Of a DNA stretch of 64,000 bases, positions 11,275-21,849 are shown piece by piece. The stretch is taken from contig NW_026948255.1 of the NCBI RefSeq assembly GCF_963921235.1, positions 124,001 to 188,000 on the forward strand. Reading direction: 5' to 3'. Both the position numbers and the translations under genes were made by a program. Below the pieces are notes generated by a model that was given only the letters and a program-made list of their open reading frames with translations, did not search any database and was not told where the DNA came from. This DNA is from Mobula hypostoma (Eukaryota). The number at the start of each line of letters is the position of its first letter. Position 1 is the first letter of the stretch.

Positions 11275-14103
11275 TTATTTACAGAGCTTCCCATTTAGTG
11301 TAAACAGGTACGTCGCCCCATTCTTCAGCTCCTCCCTGAATTTCCTCTGTGTCAGTCCATAGATACACGTGTTGGTGCAGGAACTGAGCAACATCAACAT
11401 ATACCCAGACTCTTGTAGGATAAATGTAGGTGTGTTGTAATATTTGTCAGTGAAAAACACGTTTACCGCTGCCCAGGTCATGGACTGCACAATATTGGTT
11501 ATCCACAATAATACGAAATTAGCAGATAGAGCGAACAACAAAACCATTGACTTTCTGCGGTTCTTAACCTCTGGATCACTTTGGCTGTCAGTATTTCTCC
11601 GAAGTCCACGGCGAACCATATTCGCTGCTATAATATATCTGGTGGTTAAAACATTGAACAGCAGAATTAAACCAAGTGGTAATAATGGGTTCATGATGGT
11701 GTCAAATTACTCGTAACCTCTCCACAGGGATGATGTATAGTACTCGGGTTTTGGAATGCACGTCCCTGGTTGAGCTGCAAAGTAAAATGGAAATGTCTGA
11801 ACACAGCTGCCTATGACCACTGCCACGATCACCACGGTCGCTGTTCTCTCCGGACAATATCGCGTCCGCAGCTTCTGAAGGCAGATCGCGACATAGCGAT
11901 CGAAAGTGAAAGCGACGGTCAGCCAAACGGAACAGTCCATGGCGGCAATAGTCAGAATAGGTCCCACACCACACAGCGGGGGTTTCACCAAAAAATCAGC
12001 ATACAGATAGAGAGCATTGATTTTATCCAATACAACACCAAAGACAACGACCATCAGATCTGCTGCCGCCATGGCCATGAGGTAGCGAGTGATACATTTG
12101 GACAGCCCACAGTTTCTGCGAGACAGGATCACAATTGCCGCTAAATTAACTGAGAAAAGACAGAAAAAAAAAGAAACATTTATTTCTTAATGTGTCTGGA
12201 ATAATCAGTGTGACTTTTGCTTGCAATGGGAAGGCTGGCAGTCCATATCGTGCCGTTTAGATAACAGTCCGCACTATTGTTCGTTTTACCAAAATGCATT
12301 ATCGTACATTTCCCAATACAGTATTCCATCTGTCACCTGTATTTCCATTATTCCAATATGTCTAAGTCCTGCTGCAATCGCATTGCTTCCTCAGCACAAC
12401 CTACCCCTCCACCTGTCTTTGTATCATCAGCAAATTTTGCCACAAAACCTTCAGTTAAATAATGGTAATCCTTGATGGTAGGAAGAAGGAAACCATGGCG
12501 CAAATTTGTTTCTTGGATGGCAAGTCAGCTAATAGTGATTTGTTCAGTGATCTTTGCTGGGCCAATTGTTGTGTGTCATATATGTCGAAGATTTGGATAA
12601 CAAAGTGCAAGACCCGGGGAATAAATTTACAGACAACAATATATGCCTAGTGGAGAGCGAGATCAGCTATCAAAAAGTAGATTGTTATCTTCATCAGTTC
12701 CGTAAGTTGGTCAAAGAATGGAATGGTAGAGTTTAATTAGGACACATGGAGGGTTATTTTTTCTGAAGGTTAAGCAAGGTAGGAGTTTCTCAGCGAACAC
12801 TGGGGCTCCGTGGAGTCTTTAGTATAGAGGGATCTTGTATTTCAAGAACTTGGTTCACTGGAAGTGGAATATAAGGTAGACAGGGTGGTTATGAAGCTCG
12901 GATCGATAGGTTTCATCAGTGACGGAACTGAGTAGAAAAGTTTGGATGGAGATGCAAATGCGCACGTCTCTGTTACGCTTGTTTCCCAGAACTGTGAGTG
13001 TTCTGGACGCCTTGTAGTAGGAAAGGCTCACACTGAATTAATCCAGAAACAATTTACCAGAATGTTTCCAGGATTTTAGAAACTGATATGCAGAGAGAGA
13101 TTGATCAGATCCGGACCATATTCGCTGCAGCACAGGTAGATGGGAGTTAATCACACAGAAGCACAGAAAACCACCAGGGTCAGAGACAGCATGAATTCCC
13201 CCAGTCTATTTTTTTACAGGGTTCAGGAATCCTGATCCTGACAGCGCGGGTATAAATTGAGTTGGAAAGGTTCAATAGGTATCTGAGGGGTAACATTTAA
13301 CCAAATGGGGCAATTAGGTGAAATATGCTGCGCGATGATGTGGCTGCGGCAGGCCCAATAATAAAAGGCAGTTGGACGGGCAAACGGTTATGAAGCGTTT
13401 GTAAGGTTGGGAGGCGAACGCTGAAACATTGTGCAGCATCTTATTTGGCATGGAATCTTTGGATCAGATATCTCTTTTCCGTGCTGCATAACTCTATCCC
13501 TCCAAAATAAATTATTATTCTTATTAATCCTAAATTCAGGGTATTTCCATAGAATACTTTTCCCTCTGGGTTGTTTTTACTTTTCCCCTGTATCCCCGAT
13601 GACCCTTCAGATAACAAACTCCAGTAGCTTGATAACCAAGGCAGCACATACCCTTTGGCTGAATACATAGGACAGCCACCATAACTATTCCAGGCAGAGG
13701 ACATCATGAATCAAACGCAATCACTTTGCATTAGAGTCTGAACCAGACTCAGGTTTATTATCAGCGGCAAATGTCGTGAGGGTCATTACAACCGAAACAT
13801 AAACGTGTAAGGTTATGATAAAGTACATTAAAGCAAACAAGAATAAAACAATAAAGGCGTCAAAGTCACGTAAATCATATTTTAAACAAATCCATGAAAC
13901 GCGCTTCTATTTTCATTATTTCCTTATTATGAGTTTATACTAAAAGACGCGAATAGCAACGTCCGCTCTAAATTGCAGCGCATAATTTAAAGACTACAGC
14001 ATGTCACACATCTCGGCATTTCCACGACCTTACCTGGAATAGCAACGGCTGCCAGTATGGGATAGTAAATAGAGACAATATAATAAATTGCTGAATATCC
14101 CAT
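11275..14103 (-). pseudogene. gpr139-like: GPR139/GPR142-like class A GPCR, probable pseudogene (exon 1 14034-14103, exon 2 11275-12149, in-frame TAA at 11707-11709)
   Basis: Exon 1 encodes MGYSAIYYIVSIYYPILAAVAIP and is followed by GTAAG. A pyrimidine-rich CAG acceptor sits at 12150-12152. Exon 2 reads VNLAAIVILSRRNCGLSKC...MAAADL...FDRYVAIC...SSCTNTCIY...FREELK. ORFs 11707-12132 and 11275-11694 are in the same frame, separated by one stop. Confidence 0.88.
12450..13460 (+). mobile_element. Degraded CR1 LINE 3' half inside the GPCR intron
   Basis: Remnants of LGxLL, xDD and FxRMxPG coding sequence and a CR1-like 3' UTR. Confidence 0.6.
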
Positions 14104-14144
14104 TTTCTGCCAGTAGCGGCGATCAGTCGTACGAAATGTGCCAA

Positions 14145-14231
14145 CTGTCCAGAAGCGCTGGTTCAATGAGCTCTTATACACCAGGAGCAATGTCCCTTTA
14201 GTTGCATTAGTTACAGGAGAGTGAACAAACA
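14145..14231 (-). promoter_or_regulatory. Core promoter of the minus-strand GPCR: bipartite element, TATA-like box and downstream motif
   Basis: Minus strand: TGTTTGTTCA-ctctc-CTGTAACTAA (14231-14207), GTGTATAA (14181-14174), CAGCGCTTCTGGACAG (14160-14145). All three motifs are shared with the paralog promoter. Confidence 0.7.
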
Positions 14232-14369
14232 ACCACTGTTTGTTTTGGTCTATTTGTACTCATTGTGACAATGGGTAACACAATTAACTCTTCGCGGGGA
14301 ACGACGAACAATGGATTCGATGTTCATTCAATGTAATTTAGAGGAGTCAGGGAAATAGTGTACCACAGC

Positions 14370-17300
14370 AAAAAAAAAAACTGGACCCATCAAATTCGTG
14401 TCAAATTCTGCCTGGACTTCCATACCGTTACATTCACGTACTTACCCAAATTTGTCTTAAATGTTACATCAAACCCATGTCCACCACTTTCGCTGGCAGC
14501 TAGTTGCACACTCTCCCCACTCTTAGAATAGAGCTTCCCATCAGTTTTCCCTTAAACATTTCACTTTTCACCCTTAACCTATAAACAATAGTTTTACTCT
14601 CACCCAAACAGTGACGAAAGCCTGCTTTTCTATACCCCTCATAATTTGTATGCCTCTCTGTAATCTCCCCACATTCTCCTACGCTCAAAATAACCTATTC
14701 AACCATTCCCTGTAAATCAGGTCTCCAAGTTTCGACCAAGACCTTCTAAACTTTCTCTGTATTTGTTCACTCTCAGTGATTTATTTGTGCAGGTAGTTGA
14801 TTAGAACTCCACACAATACTCCAAATTGATCCTCACCAAGGTACAGAGCAATTTCAGAATTACATCCTCAACTGAACAGTCTGATTTATCAATGCCTAAC
14901 TGCCCAAAATCTGCTTTACGACCCAATCTACCTACGGCGCCACCATCAATGAATAATGGATCTGTGTTCACAGTCCCTTTTGTTCCACTGCACAACTTAG
15001 TGCCGTACTATTCCATGTTTACGTCCTCCGCTGGTCAGTCCTCCCAGTGTGAAACATCCCACACGTCTGCACTAACAACAGAGCCAGCAGTGATCAGTGC
15101 AGTACTCAACTACTTTGAGGCCTCCATTCAGAGCAGCAACCATATAACTTCACTCTCTGGCTTCTACCGTAGTCATGTTGAATCCGGTTCACTACATCCC
15201 ACTGACAGAAAGGGACTGAACCGTTTGGACTAACCTCCCATGTGTGGTTTGTCAAAAGCCTTGTTAATGTCCAAGTCAACGAGATCCATTGACACGTCTT
15301 AGACCATAAGATCATAAGACAAAGGTGCAGAAGTCGGCCTTTCGGCCCATCGAGTCTCCTCCGTCATTTTATCATGAGATGATCCATTCTCCCATTTAGC
15401 CCCACTCTCCCGCCTCCTCTCCATAACCTTTGAAGCCCTGGCTACTCAGATACCTATCAATCTTTGCCTTAAATACACCCAATGATTTGGCCTCCACTGC
15501 CGCTGGTGGCAACAAATTCCACAGATTCACCACCCTCTGGCTAAAAGAAAACTTCGCATCGCTGTTCTGAATGGGCACCCTTCAATCCTTAAGAAATGCC
15601 CTCTCGTACACTCCCACACCATGGGAAACAACTTTGTCACATCCACTCTGTCCATGCCTTTCAACATTCGAAATGTTTCTATGAGGTCTCCCCTCATTCT
15701 TCTAAACTCCAAGGAATACAGTCCAAGAGCGTTCCTCAAACGTTCCTTATATGTTAACCCTATCATTCCCGGAATCATTCTAGTGAATCTTCTCTGAACC
15801 CACTCCAACGTCAGTGCAACCTTTCTTAAATAAGGAGCCCAAAACTGCACACAGTACTCCAAGTGAGGTCTTACCAGTGTCTTATAGAGCATTAGCATCA
15901 CATCCTTGATCCTATACTCTATTCCTCTAGAAATGAATGCCAACATTTTATTCGCCTTCTTCACCACCGACTCAACCTGGAGGTTAACCTTAAATGTATC
16001 CTGCACGTGGACTCCCAAGTCCCGTTGCATCTCAGAATTTTGAATTCTCTCCCCATTTAAATAATAGTCTGCCTGTTTATTTCTTCTAGCAGAGTGCATA
16101 ACCATACACTTTCCAACATTGTACTTCATTTGCCACTTCTTTTCTTATTCTCCCAATCTATCCAAGTCTCTCTGCAGACTCTCTGTTTTCTCAGCACCAC
16201 CGGCCCCTCCACCAGTCGTTGTATCATCAGAAAACTTAGCCACAAAGCCATCGATTCCATAATCCAAATTGTTGATGTATAACGGAAAAAGAAGCGGCCC
16301 CAACACGGACCCCTGCGGAACACCACTGGTAACCGGCAGCCAACTAGAATGGGATCCCTTTATTCCCACTCTCTGTTTCCTGCCAATCAGCCAATGCTCT
16401 ATCCACGTATGTAACTTTCCCGTAATTCCATGGGCTCTTATCTTGTTAAGCAGCCTCATGTGTGGCACCTTGTCAAAGGCCTTCTCAAAATCCAATACAC
16501 AACATCTACTGCATTCCCCTTGTCTAGCCGACTTGTAATTTTGTCAGATAGGATTTTTCTTTAAGGAAACCATGCTGAGTTCTGCCTATCTTGCCATATG
16601 CCTCCAGGTCCTCCGTAACCTCATCCTTGACAATTGAATCCAACAACTTCTCAACCACCGATGTCAAGCTAATAGGACTATAATTTCCTTTTTGCTTCCT
16701 TGCCCCCTTCTTAAATAGCGGAGTGACATTTGCAATCTTCCAGTCCTCCGGAACCATGCCAGAATCTATTGACTTTTGAAAGATCATTGCTAATGCCTCC
16801 GCACTCTCCACAGCTACTTCCTTCAGAATACGAGGTTGCATTCCATCTGGTCCAGGAGATTTATCGACCTTTAGACTATTCAGCTTCCTGAGTACTTTCT
16901 CTGTCGTAATTGTGACTGCGCACACTATTCATTCCTTGGGCCCTTAAGTGTCCGGTGTACTGCTGATGTCTTCCTCAGTGAAGACTGAGGCAAAATACGC
17001 GTTCAATTCCTCCGCCATCTCCTTATCCCCTATTACAATTTCTCCAGCATCATTTTCTATCGGTCCTATATCTACTCTCACCTGTCTTTTACTCTTTATA
17101 TATTTGAAGACGCTTTCAGTATCCTCTTTGATATTATTTGCTAGCTTCCTTTCATAGTTCATCTTTTCTATCTTAATGTCCTTTTTAGTTTATTTTTGTA
17201 AGCTTTTTAAAACTTCCCAATCCTCTGTCCTCCCACTAATTTTTTGCTTCCTTTTATGGCCCCTCCTTTGCTTTAACTTTGGCTTTGATTTCCCTTGTCA

Positions 17301-17720
17301 GCCACGGTTGCATCCTTATTCCATTCGAAAATGTCTTCTTTTTTGGAATATATCTTTATCAATTTTCTGGCTAACTCCTAGAAAAAGAGTTTGTAAGATT
17401 GGTTAGACACTCCGTAACACCCACAACAATAATTCCTTGTCTATCGAAATCCCGAACATTTATATGCTGTCCCTTCGAGTACCTTGAAATAATTAACCCA
17501 CTGCAGGCGTCAGACTCACTGGTCTATAATTTCCCGACATAATCCAAGCCCTTTCCGAGCAGAAACAATGACAATACCTGTTCTCCAGTCACCTGGCCTC
17601 TTAACCGTGATTAAGGATATTTTAAACATTTCAGCGGATACCCCAAAAATTAATTCACTTTCCTCTCGCAAGATTCGCGTGGACAACTTTTCAAGGAACT
17701 GGAAATTAGCCACCATAATT
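14370..17720 (-). mobile_element. Older CR1 (14370-15300 and ~17430-17720) interrupted by a younger CR1
   Basis: Degraded 3' end and LEYCV, KAFDK and NYRPVSLT remnants lie on both sides of the younger insertion. Confidence 0.6.
15302..17390 (-). mobile_element. CR1 LINE, 5'-truncated ORF2 (RT)
   Basis: ORFs with [47 protein letters not shown] and RPHLEYCVQFW. 3' tail of 8-bp repeats (ACCATAAG on +) at 15303-15320. Confidence 0.92.
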
Positions 17721-17739
17721 TGACTGATTACAGATTTAT

Positions 17740-18918
17740 CGGTCTATTTGTCTATATATCTGCCTATTTCTCTTTTTATTNNNNNNNNNNNNNNNNNNNN
17801 NNNNNNNNNNNNNNNNNNNNNNNNNNNNNNNNNNNNNNNNNNNNNNNNNNNNNNNNNNNNNNNNNNNNNNNNNNNNNNNNNNNNNNNNNNNNNNNNNNNN
17901 NNNNNNNNNNNNNNNNNNNNNNNNNNNNNNNNNNNNNNNNNNNNNNNNNNNNNNNNNNNNNNNNNNNNNNNNNNNNNNNNNNNNNNNNNNNNNNNNNNNN
18001 NNNNNNNNNNNNNNNNNNNNNNNNNNNNNNNNNNNNNNNNNNNNNNNNNNNNNNNNNNNNNNNNNNNNNNNNNNNNNNNNNNNNNNNNNNNNNNNNNNNN
18101 NNNNNNNNNNNNNNNNNNNNNNNNNNNCTGACTACCTAATTCCCCTTCAGGATTTCTGCGGGAGCAACATCATGACAGGTTTTAAAACTGCTGATTTCCC
18201 TCTTGTGTTCTCTTGAATGTTGTATACTCCTCNNNNNNNNNNNNNNNNNNNNNNNNNNNNNNNNNNNNNNNNNNNNNNNNNNNNNNNNNNNNNNNNNNNN
18301 NNNNNNNNNNNNNNNNNNNNNNNNNNNNNNNNNNNNNNNNNNNNNNNNNNNNNNNNNNNNNNNNNNNNNNNNNNNNNNNNNNNNNNNNNNNNNNNNNNNN
18401 NNNNNNNNNNNNNNTCTGACTACCTAATTCCCCTTCAGGATTTCTGCGGGAGCAACATCATGACAGGTTTTAAAACTGCTGATTTCCCTCTTGTGTTCTC
18501 TTGAATGTTGTATACTCCTCCCGTTTGTTATACATCTATCAATCTATCTGTCTATCTATCTATCTATCTATCTATCCATCCATCCATCCATCTATCTATT
18601 TTACTATCTATCTATCTGTCTATATATATGCCTATTTCTCTTTTTATTTATCTGNNNNNNNNNNNNNNNNNNNNNNNNNNNNNNNNNNNNNNNNNNNNNN
18701 NNNNNNNNNNNNNNNNNNNNNNNNNNNNNNNNNNNNNNNNNNNNNNNNNNNNNNNNNNNNNNNNNNNNNNNNNNNNNNNNNNNNNNNNNNNNNNNNNNTC
18801 TGACTACCTAATTCCCCTTCAGGATTTCTGCTGGAGCAACATCATGACAGGTTTTAAAACTGCTGATTTCCCTCTTGTGTTCTCTTGAATGTTGTATACT
18901 CCTCCCGTTTGTTATACA
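17740..18918. repeat. Tandem repeat: three near-identical ~105-bp units separated by (TCTA)n-type tracts and N runs
   Basis: The unit CTGACTACCTAATTCCCCTTCAGG...GTATACTCCTC starts at 18128, 18416 and 18800. TCTA/TCCA repeats are visible at 18535-18654. Confidence 0.9.
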
Positions 18919-19089
18919 GCCCCGTCTGCCTAACCAAAGTAAATATACCCCTTGAAACGGAAAGTACCGTAACAATGGTGGCCGTTTGAGGTTCTGGTGA
19001 CGTCATCGTCCAGAATCCACAGCTCCTTTGGAAAAATGCATCTTTTGCCCTGTTAATCCATCAAATATAAGGTCTTTCGAAAAGATCTT

Positions 19090-19385
19090 TCACAACGGAA
19101 GAAATATCGGGATTTATACTGTTCCCGAAGGAGCGGAGGAGTTGTTGATGATGGAGTTTGTAGAAAAGTTGCCGCGGAAAGCGCTGGAGATTTCCTCGAC
19201 TATGGAGACTGAGATTGAGAGGGCGCATCGTGCGCTCGTCCCGAGGCTTCCCCAGGACGGAGAAAGTAAGTCGCGGTCCATGCTACTTAGATTCCTTCGA
19301 TTCAAGAGAAAGGCGGAGATTCTGCGAAGGGCCTGGGGTAGGTAGAGGGCGTTTTGGAAAGAGAATTTAATACATTTCGATCAAG
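19090..19385 (+). mobile_element. L1-type LINE ORF1 fragment (RRM region)
   Basis: NIGIYTVPEGAE...EFVEKL...EIERAHRAL...RSMLLRFLRFKRKAEILRRAW matches the L1 ORF1 (Transposase_22) pattern. Confidence 0.75.
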
Positions 19386-19669
19386 ATTAGTCCCCTTAAC
19401 CTGCTGATTTATTTTGAGTCCATAAAAGTGAATTACCCGCAATCCAATGTGCTTATCGGATTTTTTTTTACATTCCACCTGCACCACATTCATCAGTTCC
19501 CAATTTCCATCTGTTTATCCATTTCCGAACCCACGCGGACTCTGGCAATGCTGTTGTTGCTGTCCATCCAGTCCTGTGGGTAGGGATGTTGTGTCTAGGT
19601 CTGTGTGTTTCCCTGCAGGATCCTGTGTACAGAATACAATGGAAAGATTGACTGTTTGTGGTTCAGTGT

Positions 19670-19934
19670 AACAGTTCTATTGGAAATCTGTGTCTGCATC
19701 TCGGGCTTAGTGTGGGACTGAATGTCTCTGCTGTCTGAGAAGGTGGAACTAAAGAGCGGCTGGTCTCTTGGTGCTCTGTAACGCACCTTGTGTGTTCTGT
19801 ACCTTGTCCCTGGACAGGAGTGAATAACGGATTTGAATGAAGCCTTTCCCTGTGGGTAGGAGAGGAAATAGGGTGAGTGAAGGACAGGGAAACGTTAGAC
19901 GGCTGTGTGAAGCGGCCGGTGCAGCCACTGTTAG

Positions 19935-19981
<47 letters not shown>

Positions 19982-21560
19982 CACATAACACAGCACACAG
20001 ACACGCACACACACAAACAGATCTAACGTTGTCATTCACTTCCAGCCATCCTATATGTATTTATATCCAGGTTAGAGTAGATTGTTTTATCACTTAACCT
20101 GTCTGTCCATTCCATTGAAGTCTAAAACATTTCATCTCAATTTTCGTTTGAACTCTGGCAGATTTGAGACGTTCATCAAATTCTATGACATCAGCAACAT
20201 CAGAAACTGCTGGAGGAACTCGGAAGAGATTTTCAGCACAGTTTGTCTGTTGACTTGCAATTCCAGCATCTGCACATTTTTAGTGTCTGTACACCAGCAA
20301 CCGGTTTTATATCGTGACTAACACGTCCTTGTTCTGTCCATTGTATTTCTGTCCGTAGCTGTGTTTCCGTGTTGTGTCTGTGTGTCTCCGAGTGAGTCTG
20401 TGTGTGTGTGTCTGTGAAGGAGTTGAAGCAATGAAGGACAGTTCATACTGGGAAACCGCAGGGCAGATGTTGGAATCGGTCGGACTGTGTTGGCGATCTC
20501 CGTTTACAGATGTGTAATTAGCCAACAGAAACCTGAAATCTGTAAATGCGGCTGGTACGTGACAAAGCTCATTGGAAATGTATGTCTGGGTTTGGGCTCA
20601 TTACGGGACTGACTGTCTCTGCTGTCTGAGTCTGCGGAAATGGTGACCTGCCAGTATCGCTGTGCTCTGTATCACACCCTGTGTGTGACAGAAGCGGCTA
20701 CTCTGTCCCTTGGGCCTCACGGGAGGGAATATCGGAGTTGAAGGAAATCTTTGTCTGTGTGTAGGAGGAGGAAACTGGGTTAGTAGGGGAGAGGTAAATG
20801 TCAGACGGTTGTGCGAAACCAGTGCNNNNNNNNNNNNNNNNNNNNNNNNNNNNNNNNNNNNNNNNNNNNNNNNNNNNNNNNNNNNNNNNNNNNNNNNNNN
20901 NNNNNNNNNNNNNNNNNNNNNNNNNNNNNNNNNNNNNNNNNNNNNNNNNNNNNNNNNNNNNNNNNNNNNNNNNNNNNNNNNNNNNNCTTGTCATTCACTA
21001 TCAGCCATGCTGCATCTGTTCATCTCCCAACTGAGAGGACTATTTGTCTTATTTAAGCTGTCAGTCCATTCTTTTGCAGATGAAACATTTTTGGTTCAAT
21101 TTTCATTTGGCTTCTGTCTGATTTCAGACGCCCATAGTAGTCTATTACATCAGTAGCATCACAAAAGGCCGGAGGAGTTCAGTAATGTGNNNNNNNNNNN
21201 NNNNNNNNNNNNNNNNNNNNNNNNNNNNNNNNNNNNNNNNNNNNNNNNNNNNNNNNNNNNNNNNNNNNNNNNNNNNNNNNNNNNNNNNNNNNNNNNNNNN
21301 NNNNNNNNNNNNNNNNNNNNNNNNNNNNNNNNNNNNNNNNNNNNNNNNNNNNNNNNNNNNNNNNNNNNNNNNNNNNNNNNNNNNNNNNNNNNNNNNNNNN
21401 NNNNNNNNNNNNNNNNNNNNNNNNTGGAGGGGAGATGTTGGAGCAATTGGAAATTGAAGTTCTAAATGGGAAACCGCAGAGCAGCAGTTTGCGTTCGATG
21501 GTTCGCCAAATATAAACGTGAAATCTGTAACTGCAGCTACTCCGTGACAAAGCTCAGTCT
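19670..21560. repeat. Old tandem duplication (two ~0.9-1.0 kb units) upstream of the intact GPCR
   Basis: Collinear matches: GGGACTGAxTGTCTCTGCTGTCTGAG (~19714 and ~20605), TTGTCATTCACT (~20029 and ~20988), GGGAAACCGCAG (~20450 and ~21468). Microsatellites or N runs sit at equivalent positions. Confidence 0.75.
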
Positions 21561-21686
21561 TTGACATTAGAATTTAGACATGATTCCACCAGACGAGTCA
21601 TTGCTGAGGTAATGCTCAGGAATTTTGATATGTTTGTCTTGAATCGGCCGAATACTTACATCAGAGACAATAGTGTTGAATTAAAG

Positions 21687-21805
21687 TGTTTGTTCAAGTA
21701 ACTGTAACTAAGAAAGTTAGTCAGGGGTATATCCGTATCTCTGGAGACCGATCCAGTGTATAAATCAGGGCCGTTTAGAATGCATCAGCTCAGCGTTTCT
21801 GCCAG
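21687..21805 (+). promoter_or_regulatory. Core promoter of the plus-strand GPCR: bipartite element, TATA box and downstream motif
   Basis: TGTTTGTTCA-agtaa-CTGTAACTAA (21687-21711), GTGTATAAA (21756-21764), CAGCGTTTCTGCCAG (21791-21805); ATG at 21850. Confidence 0.72.
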
Positions 21806-21849
21806 AGCTGTGAATTCGGGAGTAACATACGTCGCAGGTTCTCACTGAA

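Noticed and set aside
11707-11709. Programmed stop-codon readthrough or selenocysteine
   Set aside because: The stop is TAA followed by T, a poor readthrough context and not a Sec codon; a nonsense mutation is simpler.
18128-18918. Repeat-spacer pattern superficially like a CRISPR array
   Set aside because: Eukaryotic context, ~105-bp units, low-complexity spacers and no cas genes.
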